DNA of 64,000 nt, from NCBI GenBank assembly GCA_964400355.1, contig CAYNTO010000012.1, forward strand, positions 13,290-77,289. Direction: 5' to 3'. The stretch comes from an uncultured Pseudobdellovibrionaceae bacterium (lineage in GTDB: Bacteria; Bdellovibrionota; Bdellovibrionia; Bdellovibrionales; JAGQZY01). A program made the position numbers and the translations under genes. The notes beneath the pieces are model-generated. The model saw nothing but the letters and a program-made list of their open reading frames with translations. It was not told the DNA's origin and did not search any database. Shown here in pieces: positions 39,623 to 49,211 of the stretch (the first letter of the stretch is position 1; each line of letters starts with the position of its first letter).

Positions 39623-39723
39623 AAACCCCTTCTTTGTCTAAAACTGTGCCGCACAGCACGATTTGCCTTTTTACAGTGAAAGAGAGTGTTAACAAATGGG
39701 GGGAAAAGGGTCAATCAACATTC

Positions 39724-39758
39724 AGATATCTGATGTCTGATATCCGATATCAGATATC
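39724..39758. repeat. five tandem heptamers NGAT(A/G)TC forming overlapping perfect palindromes
   Basis: The sequence is agatatc tgatgtc tgatatc cgatatc agatatc, with four GATATC cores in 34 bp. Palindromes are CAGATATCTG (39723..39732), TCTGATATC-C-GATATCAGA (39736..39754) and CCGATATC-A-GATATCGG (39744..39760). The repeat lies about 100-135 bp upstream of the metK ATG. Confidence 0.9.
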
Positions 39759-39771
39759 GGAGTTTAAACAT

Positions 39772-39802
39772 AAAAAAAGCCAGGCGGGGGGGACCACCTG
39801 GC
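39772..39802 (-). terminator. Rho-independent terminator of lipoprotein gene 39844..40827
   Basis: The minus strand reads GCCAGGTGG-TCCCCC-CCGCCTGGC followed by TTTTTTT, 41 nt after the stop. Confidence 0.8.
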
Positions 39803-39843
39803 TAAAAAGGGATTACATGTGACGTTCAACAACTTTTTAAAAA

Positions 39844-40827
39844 TTAATCTTCGAGAGTGGGGTCTACAGGAACATGCTCTTCGGGGGCCTGAGGAGCCGT
39901 TACTTTGCGGGCATTCAAAATGCCATCGCGTTCCTGAATGAGTTTGTCCTTTTCCGTCGCGAGAGCTTTTGGCTCATCTGAGGAAATTTTTTGTTCAGCG
40001 ATCTCTTTAAAACGAGCGTCGATCTGTTGGATACGGGCATCGATCGCTTTGAGACGAGCATCTTGCTGTTCGCGGAGTCTTTGCAGTGCGAACTCATCGC
40101 CCGTTTTTGGACGATTGGCGATCTCTTCCTGACGCAATTTTTCTATTCTGTCAGCTTCGCGTTGTGCGGCGAATTCGTCACCAGTCGAGGGACGGGCGGC
40201 GATCTCCTGGCAGGTTTCCACAGCCACTTGCGAGCTGTTCACGGCCATAAAGTTTTTGGATTCGGTAGTGAGCGGCTTGTGCACGCCAGCTTCGTCTTTT
40301 TTCATTAATACAGCAACAGCGCCGCTTTGAATTTCACCATTTGCATGTTCTTCGGTTTTTACTTTGCGACGGGCTTCCATAATTACGAGCAAATGATCGC
40401 ACGAGGTGTCTACACATGTGACACGTCCAAAATTGTTGATTTTATTCATTGTGGCCATGTGCTTCGATTCGAGTTGCGCATGAGAAACGTGGCCTTCGCA
40501 ATTTTCAGATTTATCAGTGAGGATAGAGATATCCACTGCTGTTTTATCTCCGCTCACCGCGAGAGTCGCGGAGATGCCCAAAAGTTCCGATTTTAATATA
40601 TCGGCGACCGCGGAGGTGCGGCTCGAGCTCAATTGCTCATCCGACAACAATAGTTTTTCTGCTTTCGCCTCAATCGACTCTTCCGCTGGTGGATTGACCG
40701 ACTCTGGAGCTGGCATTTCTGTTTTCATCATATTGATTTGAGCTGCTTTATAGCCGCCCTTTTTTCCGCAGGCGGTAACGGCTGCAGCGCTAAGAACAAA
40801 CGCGATAACGATTTTTTTTGATGTCAT
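39844..40827 (-). CDS. lipoprotein with 4-Cys domain and C-terminal coiled-coil repeats
   Basis: I prefer ATG 40827, which has GGAGGA 4 nt upstream, over the track start at 40875. This gives MTSKKIVIAFVLSAAAVTAC with a lipobox. The C-terminus has the tandem repeat RP(S/K)TGDEFA(A/L)QR plus heptad-rich sequence. Confidence 0.7.
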   Translation of the reverse strand: MTSKKIVIAFVLSAAAVTACGKKGGYKAAQINMMKTEMPAPESVNPPAEESIEAKAEKLLLSDEQLSSSRTSAVADILKSELLGISATLAVSGDKTAVDISILTDKSENCEGHVSHAQLESKHMATMNKINNFGRVTCVDTSCDHLLVIMEARRKVKTEEHANGEIQSGAVAVLMKKDEAGVHKPLTTESKNFMAVNSSQVAVETCQEIAARPSTGDEFAAQREADRIEKLRQEEIANRPKTGDEFALQRLREQQDARLKAIDARIQQIDARFKEIAEQKISSDEPKALATEKDKLIQERDGILNARKVTAPQAPEEHVPVDPTLED

Positions 40828-41065
40828 GTAATCCTCCAGATGGCCGTTGCGCACGACCTGAACGTCAGAAAACACTAGAGCAAGGACGATACCAATGTTT
40901 AGTGCCTGTTCAGCACTACCCGAGGCTTATTCAACGACAATTTAGGGCATTCCCAGAGGCAAAAGGCCTAAAATTGTCCCCGCCCCTGTGTTTTTTACCC
41001 TTCCTGCGACTCTATATATTGGCGCTGGATTTGCTCTTACATATATGTGATTCGGAGGGAATTAT

Positions 41066-41758
41066 ATGTTGAGATCCTTAATATATGTGACAATAGCCAC
41101 GGTAGCTCTTATGGGTTGCGGTAAAGAACAAGGCGTAAAAGCCCGTATACCGCTCAACACTTATAACGCCCCCGAAGACGTGATCCAGCAAGGCACTTAC
41201 AACTTAGGAAAAATCGGCACAACCCAATCCTCCATGAACTCTGTATCTAGCCAAGCTATTCGCAGCTACACATTAGGTGTGCGAATCACGTCTCTTCCCA
41301 ATAATAGCGGCGGGGTGAATTTTAAAGTAGAGCATTTCGAAGGCATGGATCAAGATCGCTGCCGAGCCACCACTCAAACTTTGAGTGTCCCGAACAGCAA
41401 ACTCACCGAATCCAATAAAGGCAACGGAATCACGCTTCGCTGTTATGATAACGCCTGTAACTATTTGTTCTTAGTTATCGATCGCACACACAGTTCACTT
41501 CTCGATGCCTCCAACGGATTCGTAGCTGCCTATGTTCCGATGATTATGGGTACTCGCGAATCGGCCGGCGGAAAGCGCAACTACACGCCCAGCCAAGCTC
41601 GTGATCCTTTCCTGAGTATTAAAACTCCCGTGGCGTGCTCGGTTCCCGATGAAAAAGTGACTTACGAAAACCCTGTGGTGATCTCACCCGTAGACACTGG
41701 CACCGGTCCCGACTACACCTATTTCCCCGACGACGACAACAACACCTGGATCTACTAA
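41066..41758 (+). CDS. lipoprotein, paralog of the divergent neighbour (shared 4-Cys domain)
   Basis: The lipobox is VALMGC. LRCYDNACNYLFLVIDR aligns with VTCVDTSCDHLLVIMEAR of ORF 39844..40827, and the flanking Cys residues are spaced similarly. Confidence 0.7.
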   Translation: MLRSLIYVTIATVALMGCGKEQGVKARIPLNTYNAPEDVIQQGTYNLGKIGTTQSSMNSVSSQAIRSYTLGVRITSLPNNSGGVNFKVEHFEGMDQDRCRATTQTLSVPNSKLTESNKGNGITLRCYDNACNYLFLVIDRTHSSLLDASNGFVAAYVPMIMGTRESAGGKRNYTPSQARDPFLSIKTPVACSVPDEKVTYENPVVISPVDTGTGPDYTYFPDDDNNTWIY

Positions 41759-41800
41759 AAGGTGCCAGGCACCTTTTAGTGAAGAATTGCGTCAAAATGG

Positions 41801-41833
41801 AAGCCTGGTTCGTACCGGGCTTTTTTAATTTTT
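41801..41833 (+). terminator. Rho-independent terminator between convergent genes (possibly bidirectional)
   Basis: AAGCCTGG-TTCGTA-CCGGGCTT (one G.U pair) is followed by TTTTTAATTTTT. A weaker hairpin, AAAAGGTG-CCAGG-CACCTTTT, sits at 41757..41777 and overlaps the stop codon. Confidence 0.6.
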
Positions 41834-41847
41834 AAGCGGGTGCATTT

Positions 41848-42360
41848 TTAAGAGGGTTTTGCGGGGATTCCGGTGACCGTGGTTCCAATGGCAACATCTT
41901 TCGTGACGACCGAGTTGGCGCCGACGCGCGCATTATCACCTATGTGAATGTCTCCCAAAACTTTTGCGCCAGCACCGACGAGCACACGATTTCCCAAAGT
42001 GGGATGGCGCTTCTTAACGGAGGGATCGATGGAGACTCCACCCAATGTGACACCATGATAAATGCGGCAGTAATCACCGATAACAGCCGTTTCGCCAATC
42101 ACTACGCCTGAGCCGTGATCGATGAACAAACATTTTCCGATACGTGCTCCGGGATGAATTTCGATCAGAGTGCTCGCGCGCGCGATTTCGCCCAACAGTC
42201 GGGCGATAAAATAAAGACCACAATTGTAAAAAAAATGAGCGATACGATGAATAAAAATGGCGCGTGGACCTGGATACAAAAGCACGACTTCGAGCGAAGA
42301 CTTCGCGGCCGGGTCATTCTCCCGATAATAGCGAATGAATTCAGTCATTAGATTCTCCAT
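41848..42360 (-). CDS. cysE: serine O-acetyltransferase (short form)
   Basis: [43 protein letters not shown] is the CysE hexapeptide-repeat core. Confidence 0.85.
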   Translation of the reverse strand: MENLMTEFIRYYRENDPAAKSSLEVVLLYPGPRAIFIHRIAHFFYNCGLYFIARLLGEIARASTLIEIHPGARIGKCLFIDHGSGVVIGETAVIGDYCRIYHGVTLGGVSIDPSVKKRHPTLGNRVLVGAGAKVLGDIHIGDNARVGANSVVTKDVAIGTTVTGIPAKPS

Positions 42361-43324
42361 CGGAAGTTGTCTGTTCCACAGGTGATTTGATCAAAAAATG
42401 GCGTTCAAAAAGTGTGGAGTATTGAGACCAAGTGCCATCCCCGGTGGGCAAGGTCATGGCGTGAGAGATCGCATCCACCTTACTATCTAAATCGTCGAGC
42501 ATCCACAAAACGTACGCTTCCAAAGTCTGCGGCAACTTCGGAGAGCCGTATTCCTGTTTGCCGTGATGGCTCAGAATGATGTGCTTGCACAAATCTTTGA
42601 GTCCCTCCGGGAAATTAAAAATCTTTTGGCACTTGCGCTCTACCAGCTCCACCGCCATCGCCATATGGCCGATCAGGCGGCCTTTATCGGTGTAAGCGAT
42701 GCCGTGATCGTCTATACGTAGCTCCCAAATTTTTCCGATGTCATGAAAGATCGCGCCAAATATCAGAAGCTCCACGTCGAGTTGCGGGTAGTTGGTCGCG
42801 ACCAAGCGGCACAGCCGGGTAATGGAAAGTATGTGTTCGAGAAGTCCACCAAGTTTGGCGTGATGTATTGTTTTTGCTGCAGGAGCCATCAGCAACAATG
42901 GTTTGATCGTAGGATCATTGAGCGTGTCGAGGATGAGCTGCTGTAGGGGCTGATTGCGAAAAGTCTCTACAGTTGCGAGGAGATCGCGGTACATGTCTTC
43001 GGGAGCCTGCGAGGCGCTACGCACGTAATCCTTGAGATCCACCGAACCGTCATAGCGCTCCAACTTGTGCACGACAAACTGCATGCGATTTTGGTACGTC
43101 TGTACGTTGCCTTTAACCATGATGATGTCGCCCGCCTGAAAGAGGCCATCGAGAGCATCCACGTTGTCCCAAATTTTAGCGTCCACATCGCCGGTCGAAT
43201 CGCTCAGTAAAAAACTCACATAGGGTTTGCCACGTTTGTCTTTTAAAAGAATTTTATTTTTGGCAAGGAACGTGGATGTGACGGTTTGCTTGTCCTGAAG
43301 CTGAGATATAAAAACTTTTTCCAT
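42341..43324 (-). CDS. OB-fold + HD-domain 3'-5' exoribonuclease (YhaM-like)
   Basis: The N-terminal OB fold is followed by [14 protein letters not shown] and FHDIGK (HD motif), then ILSHHG. Confidence 0.75.
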   Translation of the reverse strand: MEKVFISQLQDKQTVTSTFLAKNKILLKDKRGKPYVSFLLSDSTGDVDAKIWDNVDALDGLFQAGDIIMVKGNVQTYQNRMQFVVHKLERYDGSVDLKDYVRSASQAPEDMYRDLLATVETFRNQPLQQLILDTLNDPTIKPLLLMAPAAKTIHHAKLGGLLEHILSITRLCRLVATNYPQLDVELLIFGAIFHDIGKIWELRIDDHGIAYTDKGRLIGHMAMAVELVERKCQKIFNFPEGLKDLCKHIILSHHGKQEYGSPKLPQTLEAYVLWMLDDLDSKVDAISHAMTLPTGDGTWSQYSTLFERHFLIKSPVEQTTSDGESND

Positions 43325-43345
43325 AGTGAATGCCCATTCGGTGTA

Positions 43346-43957
43346 TTAGTAATCGAGTTTGCAAAGCTCATGAGTCCAGCGGGCATCGCGCACCTTAAAG
43401 TAGGACATCTTGAGTCGCTTGGCCTCTTTATCCATGTGCAAAACCAAATAATCTCCACCCAAGATACTAAGATACTGACGAGTATTAGTCATGATGTTGA
43501 GCGCATCGGCATTGAGAAACTCGTTGGCGCGCGTACTGAGCTTATAAACCGTGCCGCAGGGGTAGCCGTACTCTTTCCCAGTTTGCGCCGTAAATGGCTT
43601 GTAGCGGCTAATAAAATACATCGATGTGTTTTGCGGCTCGTACGTAAATGGCGTGCTCATTTTGATTTGCACACCTTTATCCACCGTATTGATATAATGT
43701 GCCAGATCCAAGCTCTCTTGGGTGTCTCCGAGCTGGAGCTTAAAAGTCGCCAAGCGCGTTTTGATCTCCATGTTCACATCAACCATCTCAGGTTGAGTTT
43801 CACTGCGCTCGACGTTGTAGTCTTTTTTTATAGAATCGATAACCTGTTTCGGCAGTTGAATTTTTTGTAGATTGGCAGCGTGGCCAGAGGCGATCACGAA
43901 GATTGAAAACAATATTCCCATTAGCGCGCTCGCAAAAAAGGTAAGTAATTTCGCCAC
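43346..43957 (-). CDS. secreted hypothetical protein
   Basis: 203 aa with signal peptide MAKLLTFFASALMGILFSIFVIASGHA. It overlaps the upstream gene by 37 nt. An alternative ATG at 43921 gives a TAATG junction. Confidence 0.5.
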   Translation of the reverse strand: MAKLLTFFASALMGILFSIFVIASGHAANLQKIQLPKQVIDSIKKDYNVERSETQPEMVDVNMEIKTRLATFKLQLGDTQESLDLAHYINTVDKGVQIKMSTPFTYEPQNTSMYFISRYKPFTAQTGKEYGYPCGTVYKLSTRANEFLNADALNIMTNTRQYLSILGGDYLVLHMDKEAKRLKMSYFKVRDARWTHELCKLDY

Positions 43958-45681
43958 TCCTGAAGACCCGCCTTTAATGCTTGCTCGCGGGATGCGTCGC
44001 TACCAAAATTGGCCTTCGCCAAAGTACCATGAATCGAAGAATTTTTAGCAATCATGGGTGCATTGGTTTCGAGGCATGATTCGTCTTTTAACCGAACACA
44101 GGTTTTGGTTAGAACCTGATAATAGAGTTTGTTGGGAGTTCTCACCAGCTTGCTAGACAAAGAGTCTTTTGCACGCTCCACCTCGCCAAAACGATTTTGC
44201 AATATGGCTTGCGCAATGTGCGGAGCCGAAGACTTATCTACGGATCGGCCGAGCCACCCGCCCAAAATTTGCTGGGCTTCGATCTCGTTACCCATTTTGT
44301 AAGAACAGGTGAAGTCGAGCCACATTACTAAATCGGGCTTGGGGAAATTTTTAAAATCCTTGCAAATAAAATCGAAAGTCTTCCAATTGAACACGCGCCA
44401 ATCCATTGCAGGAGTGTGGTAATGATCGGTGGTGAGATCGGGCTCAATGTTGAGCGCTTTTTCCAACAACACCGCTACCGCCGATGTGTCCTGGCCCATT
44501 TTAAAGGCGGCATAGGCATTGAACAGCGCAATCTCCTGATAACCATCAAAGAAATTGCGATTCACGATTTGCGAGGAGAGATTGTAGGCCTTTTCAAACG
44601 CCTTTGGATTATTTTTGTGATGCCCCTCGTAGAGATAATTTTCTAGAATAAATAAATACGGCGCCATTCCCTGTGCGCCCTTGGAGGTGGCGAGTAAAGA
44701 TTCGGCCTGCGAGTACTTGCCCAACTTCATCAACGCAAAACCTTTATTGAGTTTTGCCATTGCCACGGTTTCGGTGGGCATGGCCTCGTCACTCACCTGA
44801 TTCAAACATTCATCAAATTTTTGCACGGCTTTGACGAAGTTCTTTTTGTCGATTTGACCCTCGTAGGAGTAGGCAAGACCAGCGGCATTACGACTCAAAC
44901 AGATATCTTCCGGGTTAAAGCGAACGCCACCCACCTTGTCCAAAATATTGCGCGCGATGATGGGTTGATTTTCGTATTGCACCAACAATGGAGCGAGTTC
45001 AAAGGCTGTGTAATGATCCTTGGAATTGATGTTCGAAGCGTAACGAAAATTTTTTACCGCTTCCGCCCATTCACCCCGCTGTTTGTGAAGAAAACCACGA
45101 TCAAAATAATCCACCACACTGGATTGATTGGCGTCTACTTGCTGCGCTGGCGTCGATGGTTTCTTTTTTGTAAATACGACCGCGCTCACCACTGCCGCAG
45201 CAACAAGAGCGCCGACGCCGATCAACAACGGAACTGTGCTGCTCTTTTTTTCTTGCGGGCGAAATACCGGTGGAGCAACAAGAGGTCTCGGCGGTGGTGG
45301 TGCCACAGGTGATTGCGGCGGTGGAATAAACGCCGGTGTCGGCGGAGGCGTGGTATCCCGATCGCGCATCGGCGTAGGAGTCATTGTTTCGAAATTGATA
45401 TCGAGAGTGCGTGTAAAACTGGTGCGCTCCGTGCGCGTCATGGTGTACTCGGATGTTTCATCTTGGCGACGCAATTTTTCAACGGCAGCAGCAAAAAGAG
45501 GGTGAGATTGCAGTGTGCGCCAGCGGTCCAGCGGAGCCATCACCTCGTTGTGAGAGTACAATTCGCCAGCGGTGAGTTTAGAGAGCACCTCATTGAAGGT
45601 CATCGGGCCCAATATGCGGGTATCCACTTTGACAAGCCAACATGGATCGTTGTCATCAATTCTGGTGTTTAAATCTATCAT
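43921..45681 (-). CDS. GYF_2-domain / Pro-rich / single-TM / TPR-repeat protein
   Basis: The N-terminal CWLVKVDTRILGPMTFNEVLSKLTAGEL...DRWRTLQSHPLF fits the GYF_2 (DUF4339) pattern. PPPTPAFIPPPQSPVAPPPPRP is a Pro-rich linker, and the TM is VPLLIGVGALVAAAVVSAVVF. The roughly 400-aa C-terminus shows TPR-like helical repeats. Confidence 0.6.
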   Translation of the reverse strand: MIDLNTRIDDNDPCWLVKVDTRILGPMTFNEVLSKLTAGELYSHNEVMAPLDRWRTLQSHPLFAAAVEKLRRQDETSEYTMTRTERTSFTRTLDINFETMTPTPMRDRDTTPPPTPAFIPPPQSPVAPPPPRPLVAPPVFRPQEKKSSTVPLLIGVGALVAAAVVSAVVFTKKKPSTPAQQVDANQSSVVDYFDRGFLHKQRGEWAEAVKNFRYASNINSKDHYTAFELAPLLVQYENQPIIARNILDKVGGVRFNPEDICLSRNAAGLAYSYEGQIDKKNFVKAVQKFDECLNQVSDEAMPTETVAMAKLNKGFALMKLGKYSQAESLLATSKGAQGMAPYLFILENYLYEGHHKNNPKAFEKAYNLSSQIVNRNFFDGYQEIALFNAYAAFKMGQDTSAVAVLLEKALNIEPDLTTDHYHTPAMDWRVFNWKTFDFICKDFKNFPKPDLVMWLDFTCSYKMGNEIEAQQILGGWLGRSVDKSSAPHIAQAILQNRFGEVERAKDSLSSKLVRTPNKLYYQVLTKTCVRLKDESCLETNAPMIAKNSSIHGTLAKANFGSDASREQALKAGLQEWRNYLPFLRAR

Positions 45682-45692
45682 CCCGAAATTTC

Positions 45693-47219
45693 CTAGTGCC
45701 TAAAGTGCCGCTTTCCAGTGAGGACCATGTTGATGTTGGAGCGTTGAGCCGCAGCAATCACCTCATCATCCTTGATGGATCCGCCAGGTTGTATTATCCA
45801 TCGAACCCCACTTTGGGCCGCTATGTCAATAGAGTCTGGAAATGGGAAGAAGGCGTCACTGGCCAGAATCGTTCCCTGAATACCATCATGAAAGTTCTTT
45901 GCACGCTCGAGCGCCTGTTTTACCGCATCGACGCGATTGACTTGGCCCATGCCGAGACCCACCGACTGGCGATTTTTGCAAACGCTGATAGCATTACTCT
46001 TTAGGCTAGCGCACACCTTCCAGGCAAATTCTAGCTCCGCAAGCTCTTCCGTCGTTGGAGTGGCTCCTACAAACTGCCATTCGCTCGACATTTCAGCAAC
46101 TTTGTCTGCCTCTTGAACCAGTAAACCACCGTCCACCGAGCGAATATCCAGATTGGCTTGATACTGCGCCAGCTCGGGCCATACGAGAACGCGCATGTTT
46201 TTCTTTTTCGCAAGCTCGCCAATAGCGTCCTCCGTCACTTCCGGTGCAATCAAACACTCCAGAAAAATATCTTTCATCTGTTGCACATGATCTGCTGTGA
46301 TCGCGAAGTTTGCAGCAACGATGCCGCCAAAAACGCTCACGGGATCAGCATTGAGGGCTTTTTGAAATGCGCGAAGGGAATCGGAGTCCTGAGCCACTCC
46401 ACAAGAATTGTTATGTTTCACAGCCACCGCCGTGGGCTCCGTGAACAGGCGCACAGTGGTGCACGCCGACTGTAAATCGAGAATGTTGTTAAAAGATAGA
46501 GCTTTCCCTTGAAGCACTTTTGCGGTGTGAAGGCCGATGTCTTCGAGGCAGTACCACCACGCTTTTTGGTGGGGGTTTTCCCCATAGCGAAGACTGGACA
46601 CGATATTTCCATTGAGCATTAGCGGCTGGCTATTTTGTGAAAGGCTCTCTAAATTTTTATAGAGATCCTTGGCGATCATTTGATCGTAGGTGGATGTCAT
46701 GCGAAAAACCTTTGCCGCTAAATAACGGCGATCATCGACACTCAACTCACCATTTTTCTCAGCGACCCAGCGATAATCAGCGGGGTCACACACCACACAC
46801 ACGTTTTCGAAATTCTTTGCAGAGGCACGCAACATGGCCGGCCCACCGATATCGATGTACTCAATGAGTTCATCGTCACTCAATCCCTCAGCCTGGGCCT
46901 TGGCGTAGGGATAAAGATTCACAACAACAAGATCGAAGGGTTGAACTTCGAACTTAGTGAGTGTGTCCATGTCGTCTTCGATGTCGGGGCGTACAAGTAG
47001 ACCCATGTGAACTTTGGGATGCAATGTTTTTACACGCCCGCCGAGACACTCGGGAAAACCGGTGTAGTCAGAGACTTCGGTAACCGCCAATCCCGATTGA
47101 GCGAGAAGACTTGCCGTACCTCCGGAGGAAATCACCGTGGCACCCTGCTCGATAAATGGTTTCAAAAAATCCACCAAACCCGTTTTGTCGGAAACGCTGG
47201 CTAAAATACGACGAAACAT
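45693..47219 (-). CDS. purH: bifunctional AICAR transformylase / IMP cyclohydrolase
   Basis: MFRRILASVSDKTGLVDFLKPF...SSGGTA is the canonical PurH N-terminus (MGS-like domain), and the C-terminus is ...GKRHFRH. I place the start at ATG 47219. The 80-codon extension on the track (to 47459) is not PurH-like and would overlap the divergent gene. Confidence 0.93.
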   Translation of the reverse strand: MFRRILASVSDKTGLVDFLKPFIEQGATVISSGGTASLLAQSGLAVTEVSDYTGFPECLGGRVKTLHPKVHMGLLVRPDIEDDMDTLTKFEVQPFDLVVVNLYPYAKAQAEGLSDDELIEYIDIGGPAMLRASAKNFENVCVVCDPADYRWVAEKNGELSVDDRRYLAAKVFRMTSTYDQMIAKDLYKNLESLSQNSQPLMLNGNIVSSLRYGENPHQKAWWYCLEDIGLHTAKVLQGKALSFNNILDLQSACTTVRLFTEPTAVAVKHNNSCGVAQDSDSLRAFQKALNADPVSVFGGIVAANFAITADHVQQMKDIFLECLIAPEVTEDAIGELAKKKNMRVLVWPELAQYQANLDIRSVDGGLLVQEADKVAEMSSEWQFVGATPTTEELAELEFAWKVCASLKSNAISVCKNRQSVGLGMGQVNRVDAVKQALERAKNFHDGIQGTILASDAFFPFPDSIDIAAQSGVRWIIQPGGSIKDDEVIAAAQRSNINMVLTGKRHFRH

Positions 47220-47411
47220 GCACGCCCTTTCGTTAAGCGAGAGACCCCTATATTTAATGGAATGTGACCGAAAAATCACATGTATTCGCAGGTGAAACTC
47301 ATTGACGCGACGTCTGAGGACCACTCTCCGTCGCCGCGGTAGAATCGCGGGTAAATAAGCGCTGGTCGAGAGCCAAAAACACCCAAATATGCAGAGCGCC
47401 AAGGGAGAAAC

Positions 47412-47846
47412 ATGGAAACACAGGAACTTTTCAGAGGTCGCATGATCGATCATATTCAAATTGTGGTTAGAGACTTAGCGAAGACGCGCAAATTCTACGA
47501 CGCCGTATTTGCAACCTTAAAGATCCCCCTCGGCGGCGAGATGAAAGATTTTTTCTGGTATGATGAGTTTTTCGTCTCCACTGCGGACAGCGTGGCCGCA
47601 CAAGGAAAGACCACCGGCCGCGTCCACTTGGCCTTTCAAGCTTCGAGCGAAGACATGGTTCGCGCTTTTTACCGCAACGGCCTTGAAGCGGGTGGCATAA
47701 GCAATGGCGAACCTGGAACACGGCCTTACCATCCTGGTTACTACGCCGCGTTTCTCTTAGACCCTGATGGCAACAACATTGAAGCTGTTTATCACGGCGA
47801 ACACCAGCGCAGCGCCGACGCCGTTAAGATCACCTTTGATGCTTAG
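47412..47846 (+). CDS. VOC (glyoxalase/bleomycin-resistance/dioxygenase) family protein
   Basis: MIDHIQIVVRDLAKTRKFYDAVF...HLAF...YAAFLLDPDGNNIEAV is typical of VOC-family proteins. The true start may be the internal ATG that encodes MIDHIQ. Confidence 0.75.
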   Translation: METQELFRGRMIDHIQIVVRDLAKTRKFYDAVFATLKIPLGGEMKDFFWYDEFFVSTADSVAAQGKTTGRVHLAFQASSEDMVRAFYRNGLEAGGISNGEPGTRPYHPGYYAAFLLDPDGNNIEAVYHGEHQRSADAVKITFDA

Positions 47847-47882
47847 TGAACCCAGCGGCAACAAACGGTTCTATATTTGAAT

Positions 47883-49211
47883 TTAGTTAATATTTATACG
47901 CGCAGCAAAAGCTTTAAGATCTTCGTTGGTCAAGAACACACCGCCGCCAAAGAACCACGAGCGAGTGCGTTCGTTGAGCAGATCTTCTCCACCGGTCTGC
48001 ACGAAAACACCTTTGACGGGAGAGTAACGCACATATGGACGCAACTGAAACGAGCGATCGGAGGCGTCGTCGGGATCGAAGTCGAAAGCGTCAATGCCCA
48101 GTTTTAATGATTTATTAAATGTCACGTACTCTACGCCCAATCCACCTTCACCCTCGATCAAACCGGCTTTAATCCCGAAGTCGTAAAAATTTCGTCCAAG
48201 GAGAGCGGTAAAGCGATACTTGTTCTCTTCTGTGGTTTTCTCGGTAGTAATAACTGGTGGTCCACCGCCGGTTGTGACCTCGCGCGTGTACTCTTTCATC
48301 GGCCCGCCGGGCTTAGACACTAAACCCACCTCGTAAAAACGATCCATTCCCGGGCGAATAGACACACCCAAATAGGTGCGCTGTCCATCTTGGCGTGGAA
48401 TAGCGTTGGTGTGCGCATCGATGCTGATTTCGGTTTTCCAAGCAAGGTCTGCATAGGTTCCAAATGTGGTCAGTGTGTTGTCCAGATTGTCGATCATCTC
48501 TTCGTCATTGATCAAACGACCGATGGTCCCTTTGCCCTCGTTGATCTTTTGCGAAATCTCTTCCACGTTGATCATGGCGCGATCTATACGGACCATCGCG
48601 GACTTCATGGCCGTGATCATCTCCGACACTTCGCCTTTTTTGTTGGCTACGAGCTCCTTAAGATCGCCCGTAAGTTGCTCGATATTTTTTAAAATTTTAC
48701 CAACCGGCTTAGAATCATCGCCTTCAGTGGCATCGCGAAGATTGTCGGCCACAACGACCAGGGATTTCGCCACCCGGCCGGCATCGCCGATGAGTTTATC
48801 CAAACTTGCCGCATCGTCGACGCCAGAAATTTGGTCACCGTCTTCGAGCATCGGATCGGAAGGACTACCGGGAATGATTTCAATGTGCTTATCGCCCAGA
48901 ATCCCATTGGGGCGAATTTGAATTTTTGAGGATTTTGAGAGCTGCACACCTTGTTGAATGACCACATCGATTCGCGCCTGGCCATCGCCAGCCAGACTGA
49001 TCTTTTTGACCACTCCCACGCGAATACCCGCAACGTGTACGGGACCGTTTTTAATGAGACCCGCAGCGTTCTCGATAGAGAACCACAGGTTCTTCCCGCC
49101 CATAAAGCCCGAACTCTCGCTCACTTTGAGGGACATACCGCCGATGAGCGCGCCAACAATAATGACGAGCATTCCGACTTTAAATTCGGGAGTGCGCAAC
49201 AGACTATTCAT
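47883..49211 (-). CDS. mlaD: MlaD/MCE-family lipid-transport substrate-binding protein (long form)
   Basis: An N-terminal TM precedes the MCE domain (GLIKNGPVHVAGIRVGVVKKISL...IRPNGILGDKHIEI). A 442-aa helical/beta extension follows. The gene is operonic with mlaF and mlaE. Confidence 0.8.
   Translation of the reverse strand: MNSLLRTPEFKVGMLVIIVGALIGGMSLKVSESSGFMGGKNLWFSIENAAGLIKNGPVHVAGIRVGVVKKISLAGDGQARIDVVIQQGVQLSKSSKIQIRPNGILGDKHIEIIPGSPSDPMLEDGDQISGVDDAASLDKLIGDAGRVAKSLVVVADNLRDATEGDDSKPVGKILKNIEQLTGDLKELVANKKGEVSEMITAMKSAMVRIDRAMINVEEISQKINEGKGTIGRLINDEEMIDNLDNTLTTFGTYADLAWKTEISIDAHTNAIPRQDGQRTYLGVSIRPGMDRFYEVGLVSKPGGPMKEYTREVTTGGGPPVITTEKTTEENKYRFTALLGRNFYDFGIKAGLIEGEGGLGVEYVTFNKSLKLGIDAFDFDPDDASDRSFQLRPYVRYSPVKGVFVQTGGEDLLNERTRSWFFGGGVFLTNEDLKAFAARININ

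Noticed and set aside
39623-39723. Possible SAM riboswitch in the metK 5' leader.
   Set aside because: The leader is short. It contains only a small CTGTGC-G-GCACAG hairpin and none of the SAM-I, SAM-II or SAM-V conserved cores that I can recognise.
39723-39760. Whether the GATATC heptamer array is a CRISPR or a mini-array.
   Set aside because: The units are 7 bp and contiguous with no spacers, and there are no cas genes. This is a tandem or palindromic repeat, not a CRISPR.
47220-47411. Possible ZTP (pfl) riboswitch in the purH leader. The minus-strand leader has three hairpins: CCGCG/CGCGG, CGACG/CGTCG and TGTGA/TCACA.
   Set aside because: I could not find the conserved ZTP elements (an ACUGGCG-type P1/P2 core and the 3' CCGCCUGGGC pseudoknot strand). 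The nearest strings are ACCAGCG and CACCTGCG. A covariance-model scan (Rfam pfl) would settle it.
47220-47459. An 80-codon N-terminal extension of purH on the ORF track (start at 47459).
   Set aside because: The canonical PurH N-terminus (MFRRILASVSDKTGL) starts at ATG 47219. The extension is Arg/Cys-rich and hydrophobic, and it would overlap the divergent VOC gene start.
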